Below are positions 58,982 through 64,000 of a stretch of DNA of 64,000 nucleotides, in pieces. The position numbers were made by a program, and so were the translations under genes. Source of the stretch: Candidatus Aenigmatarchaeota archaeon (lineage in GTDB: Archaea; Aenigmatarchaeota; Aenigmatarchaeia; QMZS01); the NCBI GenBank assembly GCA_016932615.1, contig JAFGCN010000009.1:146167-210166 (forward strand), in the 5' to 3' direction. The notes beneath the pieces were generated by a model that did not search any database, was not told the DNA's origin, and saw only the letters and a list, made by a program, of their open reading frames with translations. Each line of letters begins with the position of its first letter. Positions within the stretch are counted from its first letter, which is position 1.

Positions 58982-60085
58982 TCACCGTTCCCTCTCCCCC
59001 GCAATAAACTCCTCTACTCTGTCTCTCGCCTCTGAATCCGAATACTGCTCAATTGGGTGCTTCATGGTGTAAGAGGAGATTGACTTTAATGGCCCTGCAA
59101 TTTTCCGGTCAAGCCCCAGCTTGCAGCACCTAATCGCATCAATTGCAACTCCTGCGCTGTTTGGCGAGTCCTCGACTGCGAGCCGTAGCTCCACTGTTGT
59201 CGGGACATCTCCGAATTTTCTTCCCTCCATCCGGAGGTAGCAGATTTTCTCGTCTTTCTGGAAAGGCACATAATCTGACGGCCCGATGTGGATGTTTCCT
59301 TCAGGCATTGGAGTTGGAAGCTGGGACTGCACTGCTTCAGTCTTGCTCACCTTCTTACTTACAAGCCGAGCTCTTTCAAGCATGTTCAAAAAGTCAGTAT
59401 TCCCCCCAAAGTTTAATTGGTAAGTCCGGTCTAATTTTACGCCCCGGTCAGCCCAGAGCTTTGCGAGAACCCGGTGGGTAATGGTTGCTCCAACTTGCGC
59501 CTTTATGTCGTCCCCCACACAAGGTATTTTTTTCTCCTCAAACCTTTTCGCCCAAATTGGGTTTGAGGCGATAAAGACCGGCATGCAGTTAACAAAGCCG
59601 ATTCCCGCTTCAAGAGCGCAATTGGCGTAAAACTCAACGGCTTTTTGAGAGCCGACTGGAAGGTAATTTACAAGAATCTCAGCGCCCGAATCCTGAAGGG
59701 CTTTTACTACATTACAGGGCTCGGCGTCCGCCACACGGAATGCCTCGTCTTCAGGGTAGTTCATCATGTGCGGGGCAACCCCATCCAAAACAGGCCCCAT
59801 TCTGACAGGCACCTTCAGATTGGGCACATTTTTGCAAAATGTCTTGGTGTTGTTTGGCTTTGAAAAAATCGCTTCAGACAAGTCAAGCCCAACTTTTCTT
59901 TTGTCAATGTCAAAAGCTGCAACTGGCCTGACATCAGAAATTCTGTAGCCGCCAAGAACATTATGCATTAGCCCCGGCACAAGCTCGGAGTTCGAGTCGA
60001 CATTTTTGTAGTAGTAGAGCCCCTGTATTAAGCTCGAGCAGCAGTTCCCGATTCCGGAAATAGCGATTTTGATTTCCTTGCCCAT
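58982..60085 (-). CDS. ino1: myo-inositol-1-phosphate synthase
   Basis: GIGNCCSSL.QG, NYLPVGS, GDDIKAQVGATITHR, QLNFGGNTDFLNM, DSPNSAGV. Confidence 0.96.
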   Translation of the reverse strand: MGKEIKIAISGIGNCCSSLIQGLYYYKNVDSNSELVPGLMHNVLGGYRISDVRPVAAFDIDKRKVGLDLSEAIFSKPNNTKTFCKNVPNLKVPVRMGPVLDGVAPHMMNYPEDEAFRVADAEPCNVVKALQDSGAEILVNYLPVGSQKAVEFYANCALEAGIGFVNCMPVFIASNPIWAKRFEEKKIPCVGDDIKAQVGATITHRVLAKLWADRGVKLDRTYQLNFGGNTDFLNMLERARLVSKKVSKTEAVQSQLPTPMPEGNIHIGPSDYVPFQKDEKICYLRMEGRKFGDVPTTVELRLAVEDSPNSAGVAIDAIRCCKLGLDRKIAGPLKSISSYTMKHPIEQYSDSEARDRVEEFIAGERER

Positions 60086-60169
60086 ATAATAACTAGCGGA
60101 AGTATTTATATATTTTACCAGCGTAAAACTTTATCCCGGTAAGCCAATATATTCTGCGCCCTACTAATT

Positions 60170-60478
60170 ATGGAAAAGCCCCTTAAGCGCCTGGCAGACC
60201 TTAACACAAAAGACTGCCTGTGGATTTACCTCCTGAGGATCCTGAAGGACGGCCCACGCCACGGCTACATATTAAGGGAAGAGGTAAACAAGCGCTTTGG
60301 CTTTATGCCGGGCACAGTCACTTCCTACAGGGTTCTGTATTCCCTGAAAGCTGATGGCTTTGTCCAGAAAAAGCCGGACGGGAGAAAAGAGATATACACT
60401 ATCACTCCAAAAGGTCTTGAAATCCTTAAAAAAGCGGTCAACTTTTACGAAAACCTCGGAAAGCTCCTGAAGAGCTAA
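60170..60478 (+). CDS. PadR-family transcriptional regulator
   Basis: LRILKDGPRHGY...YRVLYSLKADG...YTITPKG; divergent from ino1. Confidence 0.88.
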   Translation: MEKPLKRLADLNTKDCLWIYLLRILKDGPRHGYILREEVNKRFGFMPGTVTSYRVLYSLKADGFVQKKPDGRKEIYTITPKGLEILKKAVNFYENLGKLLKS

Positions 60479-60519
60479 CCCCCAAATTCGGAATATATAT
60501 CAAAAATCAAGCTTAGTGT

Positions 60520-61152
60520 ATGGAGGATAAGTTCTACAAGCTGCCCGTTCTTCATTACGAGTATGGTGCCCTTGAGCCGCACATTTCAAAAGACCAGCTA
60601 AAGCTTCACCACACAAAGCACCACCAGGCGTACGTCGATAACGCCAATGCGATTTTGAGGAAGATTGATTTGGCAAGGTCAGAAGACCAAAAGCTCGATA
60701 TGAAGCATGTTTGCCGGGACTTGTCGTTCAATGTCGGGGGGCACATCCTGCACAAGCTTTTCTGGGATAACCTTGCCCCGCCAAATCACCGGGCCGAAAA
60801 TCCGGTCGGGCTTATCAAGACCCTGATTGACCTTGAGTTTGGGGGTCTTGAGAGGTTCAGGAAGGAGTTTACCCAGGCAGCGCTTTCAGTGGAAGGTTCC
60901 GGCTGGGCGGTTCTCGCTTATTGCAGGGCTACAAAAAGGCCTGTGATACTCCAGGCCGAAAAGCACAACGTAAACCTTATTGCGGGCTTTCCCATTTTGT
61001 TGGTGCTCGATGTCTGGGAGCACGCGTACTACCTGGATTATGAAAATGAGAGGGGCAAGTATGTGGAGTCTTTTTGGAACCTGGTCAACTGGGATGAGGT
61101 CGCAAAACGGCTTGACGTGGTTTTGGAGGGCCAAAATGCGTGGCAGAATTAG
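60520..61152 (+). CDS. sod: Fe/Mn superoxide dismutase
   Basis: HHTKHHQAYV, GGHILHKLFW, GSGW, DVWEHAYY. Confidence 0.96.
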   Translation: MEDKFYKLPVLHYEYGALEPHISKDQLKLHHTKHHQAYVDNANAILRKIDLARSEDQKLDMKHVCRDLSFNVGGHILHKLFWDNLAPPNHRAENPVGLIKTLIDLEFGGLERFRKEFTQAALSVEGSGWAVLAYCRATKRPVILQAEKHNVNLIAGFPILLVLDVWEHAYYLDYENERGKYVESFWNLVNWDEVAKRLDVVLEGQNAWQN

Positions 61153-61242
61153 GTTTTTGATTCTTGTTTTATCCCTCGTAATCGCCGCTCTGATTTCATG
61201 ATGCCTAAAGGGGCGGTCGGGAGAAATTACTGGCAGAATGAT

Positions 61243-62019
61243 TTAGTTTTTGAGTCCCAGATGCTCTGATATCCTATTGGGGAATTCACTAAAATATATC
61301 TTTTCGAGGCATATTTTTGCCTTATTGGGAATTACCTGTTGAGTATTTGCCACCAAGGTTCCTCTATAGATTCTCTTGGTGTCCTGTTCAACCAAATGCG
61401 GTATCCCCAAGCCCAAACTAATCTCGTAAAGTTTGGCTGCGGGAGCATATTTTCCCTCTGTGAGAATCTCTCTACCAAGTACTAATTTTTGGGTTTTCTG
61501 GTCTATGGAAAAATCGGTCCAATGGGCATGGTATCGCCTATGAGTGCTTGTTAAGCACCCGTCTGGATTTGCCTCAACATAGCCCAATTCAACTCCCCAA
61601 GGGATTCGGACCTTGGGCTGGGAGGATTTCTTCCTAAAAGGCAATCTTGATTCTGAGTTTCTGTCTAAGTAGACGTCGATACCATCAGGTTTGCTTAAAA
61701 GAACGCCCATACTGATGCTTTTGCCTTCTTTCATTGCAGCTTCAACTGCAGAAAATTCTTTATATGACCCAGAATCTGGTGTCAGCATTAACCCTCCAAT
61801 AGTTTCCATATCGGGCATTATAAGATATTCTGGTATAACTTCTCCAATTGTGCCCTCTAGCCAAATGCCTCTGCCTTCCTCAAAAGAGTGAGTTATCTTT
61901 CTTCCCTTAGGCGAATAGTCACTAGGGCATTTAGACTTCAGCGGGCTACTTTGGCTAAATACTTGGGCAGAATTTCCCTTCCCAAGATCTAACTCCACCA
62001 GTTCAAAGTCAGGTTCCAT
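61243..62019 (-). CDS. Hypothetical protein
   Basis: 258-aa ORF with TTTAAATA and GAGGT upstream; lower GC. Confidence 0.55.
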   Translation of the reverse strand: MEPDFELVELDLGKGNSAQVFSQSSPLKSKCPSDYSPKGRKITHSFEEGRGIWLEGTIGEVIPEYLIMPDMETIGGLMLTPDSGSYKEFSAVEAAMKEGKSISMGVLLSKPDGIDVYLDRNSESRLPFRKKSSQPKVRIPWGVELGYVEANPDGCLTSTHRRYHAHWTDFSIDQKTQKLVLGREILTEGKYAPAAKLYEISLGLGIPHLVEQDTKRIYRGTLVANTQQVIPNKAKICLEKIYFSEFPNRISEHLGLKN

Positions 62020-62086
62020 ATTTTACCTCATAGATATACGATATAGGTATTTAAATAAATACTACTTCTAGGTTGTCTCACTATTT

Positions 62087-62308
62087 TTAGGATATCACCT
62101 GAATTACCTTCTCCCTCCCCTTCTCCCCCCGAACAATCTCTATCCTGCTTTTACGAACCCCAAAGTGCTTTGCCAAAATTTCAATTACTGCCTTGTTTGC
62201 CTTCCCGTCAATGGCTTTTGCCCGGGTTCTTACCTTCAAAAAACCTACCTCTTCAAGAACTTCATCATTTGAGCTGTTTGGGACTACGCGGATAGTGATG
62301 CGCTTCAT
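62087..62308 (-). CDS. DUF167 (YggU/UPF0235) family protein
   Basis: RVVPNS...DGKANKAVIEILAKHFGV..S.IEIVRGEKGREK. Confidence 0.9.
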   Translation of the reverse strand: MKRITIRVVPNSSNDEVLEEVGFLKVRTRAKAIDGKANKAVIEILAKHFGVRKSRIEIVRGEKGREKVIQVIS

Positions 62309-62365
62309 AAATAGTGCCTAGATTATACGGCTATTAGATTTACGTAAATCAAAAAATCTGTTAAA

Positions 62366-62653
62366 CTATTCAGGCCTCTGCTCTATTTTCGCGTTGACGC
62401 CCCTGAAAATGTTTCTGATAAGCACGATGTCCTCTATTCCCTCTACAGCCGAGTATGGAATCACTACGCCCTTCTTTTCGCCTCCAAGAATCTCTGAAAG
62501 GAAGGTTCCCCTCAAAGCTTCGACAATTATTGAGGTCACCCTGAATTTTCCCAGTTCGACCCGGAAATCCTTTACTTTGCCGCAATATTTTCCGTCAGTG
62601 GTGAAAACATCTTTTCCTACTACTTCAGAGAAAGATTTTACATTAACTGCCAT
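62366..62653 (-). CDS. PRC-barrel protein (CdpB-like)
   Basis: SEVVGKDVFTTDGKYCGKVKD...VIPYSAVEGIEDIVLI. Confidence 0.88.
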   Translation of the reverse strand: MAVNVKSFSEVVGKDVFTTDGKYCGKVKDFRVELGKFRVTSIIVEALRGTFLSEILGGEKKGVVIPYSAVEGIEDIVLIRNIFRGVNAKIEQRPE

Positions 62654-62786
62654 ATATTACTAACACAGTATTTATATATTTGGTCCCTGTAACCGGAAAA
62701 CACTACGCAATGGCTTAAAATCAGGTTTTAGGCAGTTTTAGCCCTATTCCTGCAAGGAAACTAAATCTAGTTTTAAGAGGGAAATT

Positions 62787-63398
62787 ATGTGTGCGGATGA
62801 TGGGCTTGGGATTATAAGGGCTTCTAGAAAATCGGGGACGGAAAGATTCACTTTTAAAGGCCAGGAACTTGGGTTTGGGTTGCTTGAGTTTTGGCAGTGG
62901 AACTCTTCAGACCTGGTGAGCAATGCGCTGAGGGGTCAGATTGCAGAGTTTATAGTTGCAAGCGCCCTGGGCGTGTCCGGAGGAGTAAGGGGTATTTGGG
63001 ACTCTTATGACCTTGATTTTGGCCCCCTGAAGATAGAGGTAAAGTCTGCCGCATATATTCAGTCCTGGAGCCAGAAAAGGCATTCAGATATAAGGTTTGT
63101 AATAAGCCCTACTAAGGCATGGTCTGCTGAAACAAACGAGTCCGAAAAAGACTCGAGACGGCAGGCGGACTTATACATTTTTTGCCTGTTAAAGCATAAG
63201 GACAAGGAAACAATAGACCCTCTGAACCTGGACCAGTGGGATTTTTATATAGTGCCTACAAAAGCGCTAAACAGATGTTTTCCTCTTCAAAAGAGCATCT
63301 CCCTGCAGTCGCTTCTGAAGTGCAAACCCATTAAGTCCGGCTTTTCGGGCCTGAGAAATGCTGTTGAGGATTTTTCCAAAGCAAGTGGCCTAGCATGA
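62787..63398 (+). CDS. Putative PD-(D/E)XK superfamily nuclease
   Basis: RGQIAEFIVA...YDL...KIEVKS. Confidence 0.6.
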   Translation: MCADDGLGIIRASRKSGTERFTFKGQELGFGLLEFWQWNSSDLVSNALRGQIAEFIVASALGVSGGVRGIWDSYDLDFGPLKIEVKSAAYIQSWSQKRHSDIRFVISPTKAWSAETNESEKDSRRQADLYIFCLLKHKDKETIDPLNLDQWDFYIVPTKALNRCFPLQKSISLQSLLKCKPIKSGFSGLRNAVEDFSKASGLA

Positions 63399-63499
63399 AG
63401 CAAAAGCCAGGCAATCCGCATCTAATTGCCGCTTAAGCGCAGGTTTGCTTTTAAGCCCCTCTGGCCTGCCATTTAAATTCTTTTTCTCGAAAAAGACTT

Positions 63500-64000
63500 A
63501 TGACACTGGACGAGGATGTTGTGAAGCTGATGAGGCATCAGGACCATATTCGAAATATCGGCATTATTGCCCATATTGACCATGGAAAAACCACCACTAC
63601 AGACAACCTTCTTGCGGGAGCCGGGATGATCAGCGAGGAATTGGCGGGGAAGCAGGTTTTCATGGACTTTGACAAGCAGGAGCAGGAGAGGGGAATCACT
63701 ATTTTTGCAGCTAACGCTTCCATGATTCACACCTTCAATAATGAGCAATATCTTGTCAACCTTATAGACACCCCCGGCCATGTTGACTTTGGGGCAGACG
63801 TAACAAGGGCAATGAGGGCGGTCGACGGGGCGGTTGTTGTCGTTTGCGCAGTTGAGGGGCCAATGCCCCAAACCGAGACCGTTCTCCGGCAGGCGCTTCG
63901 GGAAAGAGTAAGGCCCACACTTTTTATAAACAAGACCGATCGGCTCATACGGGAGCTTAAGCTAGGCCCTGAGGAAATGATGAAGCGGCTCCAAAGCCAC
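63500..64000 (+). CDS. fusA: Translation elongation factor aEF-2 (3'-truncated by window end)
   Basis: [43 protein letters not shown]...EQERGITI...[10 protein letters not shown]...INKTD; absent from the ORF track because no stop falls in the window. Confidence 0.97.
   Translation, partial: MTLDEDVVKLMRHQDHIRNIGIIAHIDHGKTTTTDNLLAGAGMISEELAGKQVFMDFDKQEQERGITIFAANASMIHTFNNEQYLVNLIDTPGHVDFGADVTRAMRAVDGAVVVVCAVEGPMPQTETVLRQALRERVRPTLFINKTDRLIRELKLGPEEMMKRLQSH

Noticed and set aside
63473-63948. Minus-strand ORFs at the window end
   Set aside because: Antisense shadows of the EF-2 gene

Overview
Archaeal chromosomal segment (Pth2, Dph5, aEF-2, intron-containing tRNAs, TATA-box promoters sitting just ahead of start codons). 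The very large glycosylated surface proteins and type IV pilus-type genes suggest a DPANN-like ectosymbiont (inference). 1-23.5 kb is a cluster of large, partly paralogous, membrane-anchored surface proteins. Its centrepiece is a 2978-aa protein whose ~2590-aa ectodomain is fused through one transmembrane helix to a cytoplasmic HerA/VirB4-like (DUF87-type) ATPase. It is flanked by two small paralogous membrane/coiled-coil proteins and a long coiled-coil protein, and the whole is the best candidate for an undescribed envelope machine. 23.5-33.7 kb holds pilin-like genes, a VirB11/TadA-type ATPase and membrane/coiled-coil partners. 33.7-39.5 kb holds translation genes and three tRNA genes missed by the ORF track: tRNA-Glu and tRNA-Ser each carry two long structured introns that appear related, and tRNA-Thr carries a D-loop intron. 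After a 2002-aa exoprotein and a ZnuABC transporter comes a module of a membrane-anchored HTH regulator plus a MacB-type ABC system. Three of its promoters share an exactly spaced 10-bp-phased TTCCG array, and two share a 5' leader hairpin. Housekeeping genes (MGMT, Ino1, PadR, SOD, PRC-barrel, EF-2) close the window. All family assignments come from motif recognition by eye; no searches were run.
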